From: Burkholderiales bacterium
Lineage (GTDB): Bacteria; Pseudomonadota; Gammaproteobacteria; Burkholderiales; Burkholderiaceae_C
Length of the DNA stretch: 56,946 bases
Assembly: GCA_043749975.1 (NCBI GenBank)
Contig: JAYVCL010000126.1
Span: 1-56,946, forward strand
Direction: 5' to 3'
Translations under genes and position numbers: made by a program
Shown: in pieces, positions 1 through 8,672 of the stretch
How the letters are laid out: each line of letters begins with the position of its first letter
How positions within the stretch are numbered: the stretch's first letter is position 1
Notes under the pieces: generated by a model
The model's database searches: none
Seen by the model: only the letters and a program-made list of their open reading frames with translations
Told to the model about the DNA's origin: nothing

Positions 1-563
1 GCGAGGCTTACTTGCCGGAGTTATGCCGCTATGTGGATCTGAACCCCGTTCGCGCAGGCGTTGTGGAGCTGCCGGGTGACTGGCCGTGGTCGAGCTACCT
101 GGCGCACAGCGGGCAGCAACCGTCGCCGCACTGGCTGGACACGCCGGGGCTGCACCGCTTCATTCTGGGTCGCGATGTGCGCACCGCCCGCGACCACCGC
201 GCCGCGGCGCTGCGCTACGCGAAGTGGGCGGCCGCGGCACCGACTGTCCGCTTGTGGGACGAGGGGCTGCGGCAGCAAATCTACCTGGGCGGCGAAGCGT
301 TCGTCGCGCGGATGCAGGCGCTGGCCAGCGGCCCGAGTGCGCGCGATACCGACACGCCGAAAACCCGGCGTGTCACGGCAAGGGCGTTTGCCGATTGGCT
401 GCGAAGTTGTGGCTCTGTGGACGAGGCCCTGTATCGCGGGCATCGCGAAGGCGGCCTGACGCTGACGGCAATGGCGCGAGAACTGGACCGCACGGTGTCT
501 TGGGCGAGCAAGGCAGTGGCGCGGTACGAGCAAGAAAACGTGACGGCGCAGACACTGACCTGA
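1..563 (+). CDS. REP-associated tyrosine transposase-like protein (RAYT; IS200/IS605 Y1 transposase-related); 3' part only, gene runs off the left edge
   Basis: The frame is open from base 3. The block ..EAYLPELCRYVDLNPVRAGVVELPGDWPWSSY.. is the conserved Tyr-containing block of Y1 transposase-like proteins. An HTH-like tail follows, with the stop at 561-563. Confidence 0.6.
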   Translation, partial: EAYLPELCRYVDLNPVRAGVVELPGDWPWSSYLAHSGQQPSPHWLDTPGLHRFILGRDVRTARDHRAAALRYAKWAAAAPTVRLWDEGLRQQIYLGGEAFVARMQALASGPSARDTDTPKTRRVTARAFADWLRSCGSVDEALYRGHREGGLTLTAMARELDRTVSWASKAVARYEQENVTAQTLT

Positions 564-616
564 CCGTTGCCAAGCCTGGTACAGCCGGGGCGCGTGCGCT
601 CATCACCACCACGTGC

Positions 617-2314
617 TCAGGTCGGAATCCACAACACCGGCAGGTCGGACAGGCTGCGCAAAATGCGCGCCAAAGACCCGTCTCGCACCAACTGTGCCGC
701 GTGCTCGATGTCGGGTGCCAGGTAGCGGTCTTGCGCCATTGCCGGAATGAAATCACGCAGCAGCGCGTGCACCTGTTCGAGCGCGGCCGAGCTTTGCAGC
801 GGGCGCAAAAACTCGATGCCCTGCGCGGCAGCCAACAGCTCGATGCCCAGGATGTGCGCGGTGTTGGCGATCATCGGCTGCAAGCGGCGCGCCGCGAAGG
901 TGGCCATCGACACATGGTCTTCCTGGTTGGCGCTGGTGGGCAGGCTGTCGACGCTGGCCGGGTGGGCGAGCGATTTGTTCTCGGACGCGAGCGAGGCGGC
1001 GGTCACGTGGGCAATCATGAAGCCGCTGTTGAGCCCCGCGTCTGCGGTCAAAAACGGGGGCAGGCGCGAGACACCGCTGTCGATCAGCATCGCGATGCGG
1101 CGCTCGGCAATCGCACCCACCTCGGCGATCGCCAGCGCCATGCCGTCGGCGGCCAGCGCCACCGGCTCGGCGTGAAAGTTGCCGCCGGAAATCATGGCGC
1201 CGTCTTCAGCGAACACCAGCGGGTTGTCGGTGACTGCATTCGCCTCGCGCAGCAACACCAGCGCGGCGTGGCGCAACTGGTCCAGGCAGGCACCGACCAC
1301 TTGCGGCTGGCAGCGCAGCGAATACGGGTCTTGCACGCGGTCGTCGCCGCCGGCCAGCGACTGGTTGCTCCAGAGCTGACCACTCCCCTCGGGAGGCGGA
1401 CGGCGCGAAGCGACGGCCTGGGGGCCTGCGGCCAGCGACTGGCCGCTCCAGAGCTGGCCACTCCCCTCGGGGGGCGGACGGCGCGAAGCGACGGCCTGGG
1501 GGCCCAGAAGGTGGGATTGGCGAATCTCGCTGCCGGCCAGCAGCGCGCGGTAGTACTGCGCCACGTCAATCTGCCCCGGCTGGCCGCGCAGCGCGTGGAT
1601 GCGCGGGTCGAACGGGCCGTCGCTGCCGCGGGCGGCATCGACCGTCAGCGCACCGATCACCAGCGCGGCTTCCAGCACCGGCTCGAATGTCAACAGCGCG
1701 TGCAGCGCCAGCGCGGTCGACGTTTGCGTGCCGTTGATCAGCGCCAGGCCTTCCTTGGCACCCAGCGTGAGCGGTGCGATGCCGGCCTGCTTCAATGCGT
1801 GTGCGGCGCTCTTGCGCTTGCCGTCGATCAGCATCTCGCCTTCGCCCAGCAGGGCCAATGTCATGTGAGCCAGCGGTGCGAGGTCGCCCGACGCACCCAC
1901 CGAACCCTGCGACGGAACATACGGAATCAGCCCGGCGTTGTGCACTTGCAGCAGCGTGTCGACCACCACCTTGCGCACACCCGAGTGCCCGCGCGCCAGG
2001 CTGGCCGCCTTCAGCGCCAGCATCAGCCGCACCACCTCGCGGGCCAGCGGTTCGCCGACGCCCACGCTGTGGGAGCGGATCAGGTTGAGCTGCAAGGTGC
2101 TGAGCTGTTCCTTGCTGATGCGCTGGTTGGCCAGCTTGCCGAACCCGGTGTTGACGCCGTAGACCGGGACATCGCCATCGGCCGCACGTTGCACGACTTG
2201 GGCGCTGGCGCCGATGGCGTCGTACGCGGCGGGCGGCAGGGTCAGCGAGACGCCGCCGGCGTGGATGGACTGAAGTTGCTCCAGCGTCAACTGGCCGGGC
2301 AGGATTTGAAGCAC
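617..2314 (-). CDS. hutH: histidine ammonia-lyase carrying a 52-aa in-frame tandem-repeat insertion
   Basis: HAL/PAL family motifs are present (..[15 protein letters not shown].., ..[17 protein letters not shown]..). The ORF stays open to 2452, but codons upstream of 2314 are translated intergenic repeats. GTG at 2314 gives [14 protein letters not shown].., a typical HutH N-terminus. Confidence 0.9.
   Translation of the reverse strand: MLQILPGQLTLEQLQSIHAGGVSLTLPPAAYDAIGASAQVVQRAADGDVPVYGVNTGFGKLANQRISKEQLSTLQLNLIRSHSVGVGEPLAREVVRLMLALKAASLARGHSGVRKVVVDTLLQVHNAGLIPYVPSQGSVGASGDLAPLAHMTLALLGEGEMLIDGKRKSAAHALKQAGIAPLTLGAKEGLALINGTQTSTALALHALLTFEPVLEAALVIGALTVDAARGSDGPFDPRIHALRGQPGQIDVAQYYRALLAGSEIRQSHLLGPQAVASRRPPPEGSGQLWSGQSLAAGPQAVASRRPPPEGSGQLWSNQSLAGGDDRVQDPYSLRCQPQVVGACLDQLRHAALVLLREANAVTDNPLVFAEDGAMISGGNFHAEPVALAADGMALAIAEVGAIAERRIAMLIDSGVSRLPPFLTADAGLNSGFMIAHVTAASLASENKSLAHPASVDSLPTSANQEDHVSMATFAARRLQPMIANTAHILGIELLAAAQGIEFLRPLQSSAALEQVHALLRDFIPAMAQDRYLAPDIEHAAQLVRDGSLARILRSLSDLPVLWIPT
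1351..1506. repeat. 2 x 78-bp GC-rich tandem repeat inside the hutH coding sequence, in frame (2 x 26 aa)
   Basis: Copy 1 is 1351-1428 and copy 2 is 1429-1506, with 72/78 identical bases. Both translate in the hutH frame as [20 protein letters not shown](G/N)QSLA(A/G). Copy 2 contains the perfect hairpin GGCCAG-CGA-CTGGCC. Confidence 0.9.
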
Positions 2315-2322
2315 GACGCTTG

Positions 2323-2421
2323 CCCCCTCCCCCTCTGGGGAAGGAGTCCGCTTAACCCCCTCCCCCTCTGGGGGAGACGCCCGCTTGACTCCCTCCCCCT
2401 CCGGGGGAGGGTTGGGGTGGG
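2323..2421. repeat. 3 x 33-bp REP-like tandem array in the hutU-hutH spacer
   Basis: The units are 2323-2355, 2356-2388 and 2389-2421. Each holds a CTCCCC-N-GGGGAG hairpin core (ctccccctctgggg(g)a(a/g)). In the hutH frame they read as PPEGEGVKR repeats. Confidence 0.85.
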
Positions 2422-2448
2422 GGCCATCGAACGACTCCGCAGCCACCC

Positions 2449-4251
2449 TCAAGCCCCCAACATCGGCAGCTTCAAGCCTTGCTCACGCGCGCATTTCACC
2501 GCTGCGTCATACCCCGCATCCGCATGCCGCATCACGCCGGTGGCCGGGTCGTTCCACAGCACCCGCGCGATGCGTTTGGCCGCAGCCTCGGTGCCGTCGC
2601 AGACGATGACCACGCCCGCGTGCTGCGAGTAGCCCATGCCGACCCCGCCGCCGTGGTGCAGCGAAACCCAGGTGGCGCCGCCCGCCGTGTTGAGCAGCGC
2701 GTTCAGCAAGGGCCAGTCCGACACCGCGTCCGACCCGTCGAGCATCGCCTCGGTCTCGCGGTTGGGTGACGCCACCGAACCGCTGTCGAGGTGGTCGCGG
2801 CCGATCACGATCGGTGCCTTCAACTCACCGCTCTTGACCATCTCGTTGAAGGCCAGGCCCGCCCGATGCCGCTCACCCAGGCCGATCCAGCAGATGCGCG
2901 CCGGCAGGCCCTGGAAGGCAATGCGCTCGGCCGCCATGTCGAGCCAGCGGTGCAGGTGCGCATAGTTCGACACATGCGCGGGGAACAGCTCTTTCATCTT
3001 CGCGTCGGTCTTGCGGATGTCGTCCGGGTCACCACTCAGCGCGACCCAGCGGAACGGCCCCTTGCCCTGGCAGAACAACGGGCGCACGTAGGCCGACACG
3101 AAGCCGGGGAAGGCGAACGCGTTGGTCACGCCGGCATCGAACGCCACCTGGCGGATGTTGTTGCCGTAGTCGACCGTGGCAATGCCCATGGCCTGGAAGT
3201 CGAGCATGGCTTGCACATGCACGGCGCAACTGCGCGCTGCGGCGTCTCGCAGCGTGGCGTGCTGGCCGGCGTCGGCCTGCGCGGCACGCCAGCCTTGCAC
3301 ACTCCAACCCGCGGGCAGGTAGCCGTTGACGAGGTCGTGAGCCGAGGTCTGATCGGTGACCAGATCGGGGCGAATGCCGCCATTCTTCGCTCGCCGCACC
3401 AGCTCGGGAAGGATCCCAGCCGCGTTGCCGAGCAGGCCGATGGAAACGGCCTTCTTCTCTCTTGCATAAAGCTCCAGACGCGCCAGCGCGTCGTCGAGAT
3501 CGGTGGCTTGTTCATCGAGGTAGCGCGAGCGCAAGCGGAAGTCGATGCGCGACTGCTGGCATTCGATGTTGAGCGACGACGCACCCGCGAACGTGGCGGC
3601 CAGCGGCTGCGCGCCGCCCATACCGCCAAGGCCAGCGGTTAGGATCCAGCGGCCCGCCCAGGGGTTGGCCCCTCGGGCGCCGGCTACGGCGTCCGGTCCC
3701 CCGGGGGGACCGCGTCCGGCTTGGGGCGGCCCGGCGCTCGGTCGCTCGCCGGAAAAGTGTTGCCGACCAGCCTCGACAAACGTCTCGTACGTGCCCTGCA
3801 CGATGCCCTGGCTGCCGATGTAGATCCACGAGCCCGCCGTCATCTGCCCGTACCTCATCAAACCCTTGCGGTCCAGCTCGTGGAAGTGTTCCCACGTCGC
3901 CCACTTGGGCACCAGGTTGGAGTTGGCGATCAGCACCCGGGGCGCGTCGACGTGGGTGCGGAACACGCCCACCGGCTTGCCCGATTGCACCAGCAGGGTC
4001 TCGTCTTCGTTCAGTTCGCGCAGCGCCTTCAGCATGGCCTCGAAGCAGTCCCAGTTGCGCGCGGCCTTGCCGATGCCGCCGTAGACCACCAGCGCGTCGG
4101 GGTTCTCGGCCACCTCGGGGTCGAGGTTGTTTTGCAGCATGCGGTAGGCGGCTTCGATCAGCCAGTTCTTGCAGCTCAGTTGGGTGCCGCGCGGCGCGCG
4201 CACCGGGTGCGGGCGGGCGCTAATGTGGACGGCGGTGGACAGGTCGGACAT
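2449..4251 (-). CDS. hutU: urocanate hydratase with an extra Gly/Pro/Ala-rich segment of about 28 aa
   Basis: Urocanase signature blocks are present (..[24 protein letters not shown].., ..[19 protein letters not shown]..). The protein is 600 aa, versus about 560 aa for typical HutU. Confidence 0.92.
   Translation of the reverse strand: MSDLSTAVHISARPHPVRAPRGTQLSCKNWLIEAAYRMLQNNLDPEVAENPDALVVYGGIGKAARNWDCFEAMLKALRELNEDETLLVQSGKPVGVFRTHVDAPRVLIANSNLVPKWATWEHFHELDRKGLMRYGQMTAGSWIYIGSQGIVQGTYETFVEAGRQHFSGERPSAGPPQAGRGPPGGPDAVAGARGANPWAGRWILTAGLGGMGGAQPLAATFAGASSLNIECQQSRIDFRLRSRYLDEQATDLDDALARLELYAREKKAVSIGLLGNAAGILPELVRRAKNGGIRPDLVTDQTSAHDLVNGYLPAGWSVQGWRAAQADAGQHATLRDAAARSCAVHVQAMLDFQAMGIATVDYGNNIRQVAFDAGVTNAFAFPGFVSAYVRPLFCQGKGPFRWVALSGDPDDIRKTDAKMKELFPAHVSNYAHLHRWLDMAAERIAFQGLPARICWIGLGERHRAGLAFNEMVKSGELKAPIVIGRDHLDSGSVASPNRETEAMLDGSDAVSDWPLLNALLNTAGGATWVSLHHGGGVGMGYSQHAGVVIVCDGTEAAAKRIARVLWNDPATGVMRHADAGYDAAVKCAREQGLKLPMLGA
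3654..3750. other. GC-rich palindromic in-frame insertion within hutU
   Basis: This segment encodes ..[33 protein letters not shown].. between the conserved QHF and [11 protein letters not shown] blocks, where canonical urocanases have about 5 residues. It contains the near-palindrome ggtcccccggggggacc. Confidence 0.6.
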
Positions 4252-4304
4252 GGCGGGCTCGGGAAAACGATGAATAAAACGACGCCTGGAACGACTTGAC
4301 TTTA

Positions 4305-4337
4305 CTTGTCTAGACAGGTCTAGGCAAGTAGACTTGC
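4305..4337. promoter_or_regulatory. candidate HutC operator pair in the divergent hutU / hutC control region
   Basis: TGTCTAGACA at 4307-4316 is a perfect 10-bp palindrome (extended form cTTGTCTAGACAgg). GCAAGT-AG-ACTTGC at 4324-4337 is an adjacent inverted repeat. Both fit the GT..AC style of HutC-subfamily GntR operators. Confidence 0.55.
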
Positions 4338-4340
4338 CGC

Positions 4341-5090
4341 ATGGTTTTCCCTGAGCTTTTCCCCGCCCGCCGCGCTACCAGGCCGCGCCCCCCGACGGCC
4401 CCGTATGCGCGGGTCAAGCACTTTCTGAAGGAGCAACTCTCTGCCGGGCGCTGGCCACCCGGCACGCTGATGCCTTCCGACGCCGAGCTGGTGGCGCAGT
4501 TCGGCGTCAGCCGCATGACGGTGACGCGCGCACTGCGCGAGCTGCAAGCCGAGGGGCTGGTCGAGCGGCTGCAAGGCGTGGGCACGTTCGCGGCGCATCT
4601 TGCAAAGGTGGCTTCCACCTTGACGATCCGCGACCTGCACGAAGAGATCACTGCGCGCGGCCACCGCCACCATGCCGAGGTGCATCTGGCCCGGCAGGAG
4701 CGCGCCCCGACCGAGCTGGCCCGGCAACTCGGCCTGGCCACGGGGGCTGCGGTGTTCCACACCCTGATCGTGCACTTCGAGAACGGCCTGGCGCTGCAAT
4801 GCGAAGACCGCTACGTGAACCCGGCCTGTGCGCCCGACTACCTCAGCGTCGACTTCACGCACACCACGCCCACCCACTATCTGCTGCAAGTCGCGCCGCT
4901 GTGGGAGGCGCAGTACTCGATCGAGGCCAGCGCGCCGACCGAGCAGGAGGCCAGGCTGCTGGGCATCGCTGCGGGCGACGCCTGCCTGATCGTGGTGCGC
5001 CGCACGATGAGCCGTGGCGTGCCGATCACACTGGCGCGGCTGGTGCACCCGGGCTCGCGCTACCAGATCGACGGGCGGTTCAAGCCATGA
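4341..5090 (+). CDS. hutC: histidine utilization repressor (GntR/HutC family)
   Basis: It has a winged-HTH block (..[38 protein letters not shown]..) plus a UTRA-like C-terminal half, and sits divergent to hutU. Confidence 0.88.
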   Translation: MVFPELFPARRATRPRPPTAPYARVKHFLKEQLSAGRWPPGTLMPSDAELVAQFGVSRMTVTRALRELQAEGLVERLQGVGTFAAHLAKVASTLTIRDLHEEITARGHRHHAEVHLARQERAPTELARQLGLATGAAVFHTLIVHFENGLALQCEDRYVNPACAPDYLSVDFTHTTPTHYLLQVAPLWEAQYSIEASAPTEQEARLLGIAAGDACLIVVRRTMSRGVPITLARLVHPGSRYQIDGRFKP

Positions 5091-5208
5091 CGGTGCGGCT
5101 CATTTCGGCTGACCCGGTGGCGCCGCAGCGCTGGCGCAACGGCACCGCCAAAGCCGACCGTGCAATCGCCGCTTGGTGCCCAGGTTTCGATCCAGATGGA
5201 GCAGCAGC

Positions 5209-6423
5209 ATGAGCACACTCTGGCGCAACGCGCGCCTGGCCACGATGGCCGGCACCGAGCCCTGGGGCTGGATCGAACACGGTGCGCTGCTGGTCGACGG
5301 CGATGCGCTGCAATGGGTCGGTGCCGAAGCCGACCTGTCCGCTGCGCTGGCAAGCCGCATCACGGCTGAACACGAGCTGGGCGGGGCTGTTGTCACCCCC
5401 GGGCTGATCGACTGTCACACGCACCTCGTCTACGGCGGCCAGCGTGCCCGCGAGTTCGAGCTGCGCTTGCAAGGGGCCAGCTACGAAGACATCGCCCGCG
5501 CCGGGGGCGGCATTCGGTTCACCGTGGCCGCCACCCGCGCCGCCACCGATGCGCAGTTGCTGGCCAGCGCCGGCGCCCGGCTGCGCACGCTGATGGCCGA
5601 GGGCGTGACGACGATCGAGATCAAATCGGGCTACGGCCTGAGCCTGCAGGGCGAAGCGCGCTGCCTGCGCACCGCGCGTCGATTGGCCGAGCAGGCGCAG
5701 GTCAGCGTGCGCACCACCTACCTCGGCGCGCACGCGCTGCCTCCCGAGTTCGAGGGCCGCCCCGACGACTACATCGATGCCGTGTGTGCCTGGCTGCCCG
5801 TGTTGCACGCACAGGGACTGGTCGATGCGGTCGACGCCTTCTGCGACAGCATCGGTTTCACACCGGCGCAAACACGGCGCGTGTTCGAGGCGGCGCGTGC
5901 GCTGAAGCTGCCTGTGAAGCTGCACGCCGAACAGCTCAGCGACCAGGGCGGCGCGGCGCTCGCAGCCGAGTTCAAGGCGCTCTCTTGCGACCACCTCGAA
6001 CACCTGGGCGATGCCGGCGTTCGCGCCATGGCTGCCGCCGGCACGGTGGCCGTGCTGTTGCCGGGTGCATTTTATTTTCTGCGTGAAACAAAGCTGCCAC
6101 CTCTGGCCGCGCTGCGCGAACACGGCGTGCCGATCGCCATCGCCAGCGACCACAACCCGGGCACGTCACCCTGCCTGTCGCTGTTGTTGATGCTGAGCAT
6201 GGCCTGCACGTCGTTTGGCACGACACCCGAAGAAGCGCTGCGCGGCGTGACTGTGAACGCCGCGCGCGCACTGGGCCTGAACGATCGCGGCACACTGGCG
6301 GCAGGCCAACGCGCCGACTTCGCCGTGTGGGGCATCGACCACCCCAACGAGCTGGCGTACGGGTTCGGCCACAACCCCTGCCGCCGCGTGATCGTCAGCG
6401 GCACTGAAAGGCATCTGCCATGA
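5209..6423 (+). CDS. hutI: imidazolonepropionase
   Basis: Amidohydrolase metal motifs are present (..[13 protein letters not shown].., ..KLHAEQLS.., ..ASDHNPG..). ATG at 5209 ([13 protein letters not shown]..) is preferred over the track start at 5173. Confidence 0.9.
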   Translation: MSTLWRNARLATMAGTEPWGWIEHGALLVDGDALQWVGAEADLSAALASRITAEHELGGAVVTPGLIDCHTHLVYGGQRAREFELRLQGASYEDIARAGGGIRFTVAATRAATDAQLLASAGARLRTLMAEGVTTIEIKSGYGLSLQGEARCLRTARRLAEQAQVSVRTTYLGAHALPPEFEGRPDDYIDAVCAWLPVLHAQGLVDAVDAFCDSIGFTPAQTRRVFEAARALKLPVKLHAEQLSDQGGAALAAEFKALSCDHLEHLGDAGVRAMAAAGTVAVLLPGAFYFLRETKLPPLAALREHGVPIAIASDHNPGTSPCLSLLLMLSMACTSFGTTPEEALRGVTVNAARALGLNDRGTLAAGQRADFAVWGIDHPNELAYGFGHNPCRRVIVSGTERHLP

Positions 6424-7220
6424 CCGACACCTTCACCCTGCACCGAGGCAGCACGCCGCTGCTGGTCAGCCTGCCGCATGTGGGCACGCTGATTCCCGCC
6501 GACCAGCGGCACCGCTATGTGGCGCGCGCGCTGCAAGTCGAAGACACCGACTGGCATCTGGACACGCTGTACGACTTCGTGCGCGCGATGGGTGCCAGCC
6601 TGATCGTGCCGATTCATTCGCGCTACCTGATCGACCTGAACCGCCCGCCCGAGAACGCGCCGATGTACGCCGGCGTCAACAACACCGAGCTGTGCCCGAC
6701 GCGCTTCTTCACCGGCGAAGGGCTCTACATCGAGGGCCAGCAGCCCGACCCGGCCGAGATCGAACGCCGCCGCAATGGGTACTGGCACCCCTACCACGAG
6801 GCGCTGCAAGACGAGCTGCAACGCCTGCGCGGCGCGCACGGCCACGCGGTGCTGTTTGACGGCCACAGCATCCACTCGGAGTTGCCGTGGTTGTTCGAAG
6901 GCCGCTTGAGCGACCTCAACCTCGGCACCGCCGACGGCAGCAGTTGTGCGCCCACCTTGCGCGCGGCGCTGGCCCGCGTGCTGGCAGCGCAAACACAGTT
7001 CACCCAGGTGGTCGATGGCCGCTTCAAGGGCGGGCACATCACGCGCCAGTACGGCCGGCCGCTGGGTGGCGTGCATGCGGTGCAGTTGGAAATATGCTGG
7101 AGTTGCTACATGCGCGAGGAGGCACCGTACCCGTTGGACCCGCCCCGCGTGGCCGCCGTGACGCCGCTGCTGCGCGAGCTGGTGAGCACGATGATCGACT
7201 GGCGGCCCGATGCGGCTTGA
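6420..7220 (+). CDS. hutG: N-formylglutamate amidohydrolase
   Basis: The N-terminus ..[13 protein letters not shown].. and a 266-aa length fit the FGase family. The start overlaps the hutI stop. Confidence 0.85.
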   Translation: MTDTFTLHRGSTPLLVSLPHVGTLIPADQRHRYVARALQVEDTDWHLDTLYDFVRAMGASLIVPIHSRYLIDLNRPPENAPMYAGVNNTELCPTRFFTGEGLYIEGQQPDPAEIERRRNGYWHPYHEALQDELQRLRGAHGHAVLFDGHSIHSELPWLFEGRLSDLNLGTADGSSCAPTLRAALARVLAAQTQFTQVVDGRFKGGHITRQYGRPLGGVHAVQLEICWSCYMREEAPYPLDPPRVAAVTPLLRELVSTMIDWRPDAA

Positions 7221-8622
7221 CCCGTCGCTGTTGTGGGCGCCACGCGCGTGGCTGCCGCACGCGAACGACACCACCAGCGGCGCAGGCTGGCGCGACCACG
7301 TGCTGCTGCACATCGGCGGCGACGGCTGCTGGGCCGAGATCAGCGCTGATGTGGGGCCAGCGCCGGCCCATGCGCAGGTGCTGTCCGGCCCGTTGCTGCC
7401 CGGCTTGGTCAATGCCCACAGCCACGCCTTTCAACGCGCCTTCGCCGGCATGGCGGAACGGCGTGAACAAGCCAGCGACGACTTCTGGTGCTGGCGCGAC
7501 CGCATGTACCGGGTAGCGTTGCGCATCACCCCCGAGCAACTGCACGCCGTTGCCACTCAGCTCTACGTCGAACTGCTGCGCGGCGGCTACACCCAGGTGT
7601 GCGAGTTTCACTACCTGCACCACGCCGAAAACGGGCAGCCTTATGCCGACCCGGCCCGGCTCAGTTGGGCGCTGGCCGAGGCTGCGGCAGACGCGGGCAT
7701 CGGCCTGACCGTGCTGCCGGTGCTCTACGAGCGCGCCGGTTTTACGCAGCCCGCCTTGCGCGTCGAGCAGCGGCGCTTCGCCTCGACGCCCGCCTCCGTG
7801 CACGCCATGCAGCGCGCCGTGCAAGCCGCGCAGCGCCCGCTGCTCAACGCAGGTGTGGCGATTCATTCGCTGCGCGCGGCAGCGCCCGCATCCATCGGCG
7901 AGCTGTTGCGGCGGGTCGGTGACGACGACATGCCGGTGCACATCCACATTGCCGAGCAGACGGCCGAGGTCGACGACTGCATCAAGGCCACCGGCGCGCG
8001 GCCGATTGAATGGCTGGCGCGTGAGGCCAGGCCGGACCCGCGCTGGCACCTGGTACACGCCACCCATGCCACACGGGCCGAGATCGACGCGGTGGCCAGG
8101 CACGGTGCGGCCGTGGTGGTCTGCCCCAGCACCGAAGCCAACCTGGGCGACGGCCTGATCGACCTGCCGGGTTGGCTGGATGCCGGCGTGGCGATCAGCA
8201 TCGGCTCCGACAGCCATGCGACGCGGGCCTGGGTCGACGAACTGCGCTCACTCGAGTACAGCCAGCGTTTGCACCTGCAGCGGCGCAACGTGGCCGCAGC
8301 GCCCGAGCGCGGGGTCGCGTCCAGCGCCGAGCGCTTGTTTGCGCAGGCCCAGCGTGGCGGCGGCTGCGCCGCCGGATTCGCCCGTTGGGGCCTGACACCC
8401 GGTGCGCGTGCCGATGCGCTGGTAATCGACCCGCGAGACAGCGCGATGCTGGGCATCCCCGCTGCACAAACGCTGGACGCCTTGGTGTTCTCCAGCCCCA
8501 GCCCGCTGTGGCGCGATGTGATGGTGGCGGGGAAGTGGGTGATTGCCGATGGCGTTCATGCACACGCCGCGGCGGTTGCGCTGCGCTTCGAGGTGGCGAT
8601 GAATGCGCTGTGGGTTGGTTGA
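7210..8622 (+). CDS. hutF: formimidoylglutamate deiminase
   Basis: An amidohydrolase-superfamily motif is present (..LPGLVNAHSHAFQRAF..). The protein is 470 aa and follows hutG, as in five-step Hut pathways. Confidence 0.85.
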   Translation: MRLDPSLLWAPRAWLPHANDTTSGAGWRDHVLLHIGGDGCWAEISADVGPAPAHAQVLSGPLLPGLVNAHSHAFQRAFAGMAERREQASDDFWCWRDRMYRVALRITPEQLHAVATQLYVELLRGGYTQVCEFHYLHHAENGQPYADPARLSWALAEAAADAGIGLTVLPVLYERAGFTQPALRVEQRRFASTPASVHAMQRAVQAAQRPLLNAGVAIHSLRAAAPASIGELLRRVGDDDMPVHIHIAEQTAEVDDCIKATGARPIEWLAREARPDPRWHLVHATHATRAEIDAVARHGAAVVVCPSTEANLGDGLIDLPGWLDAGVAISIGSDSHATRAWVDELRSLEYSQRLHLQRRNVAAAPERGVASSAERLFAQAQRGGGCAAGFARWGLTPGARADALVIDPRDSAMLGIPAAQTLDALVFSSPSPLWRDVMVAGKWVIADGVHAHAAAVALRFEVAMNALWVG

Positions 8623-8672
8623 TCCCATTTCCGCTCAAGGCCGCCAGCACGGGCGGCGAAGCTGCCGCAGGA

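Noticed and set aside
1351-2421. Tandem direct repeats as a possible CRISPR array.
   Set aside because: The units are directly adjacent with no unique spacers. There are only 2-3 copies, the two groups are embedded in a coding sequence and in a short operon spacer, and no cas genes are present.
2315-2452. [10 protein letters not shown]-repeat N-terminal extension of HutH, read as a possible collagen-like or repeat peptide domain.
   Set aside because: The segment coincides exactly with a 3 x 33-bp hairpin repeat array. Conserved HutH sequence begins only at the GTG at 2314, and the open frame follows from the unit length being divisible by 3.
86-2632. An 848-aa plus-strand ORF, and similar very long ORFs at 10421..12994, 14338..17082, 17300..19315, 23524..25542, 26270..28480, 31754..33988, 41973..43901, 45996..47729 and 53820..55664.
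   Set aside because: All lie antisense to, or out of frame with, genes that have clear family motifs. Their products are Arg/Ala/Gly/His-rich low-complexity strings typical of stop-poor alternative frames in 67% GC DNA.
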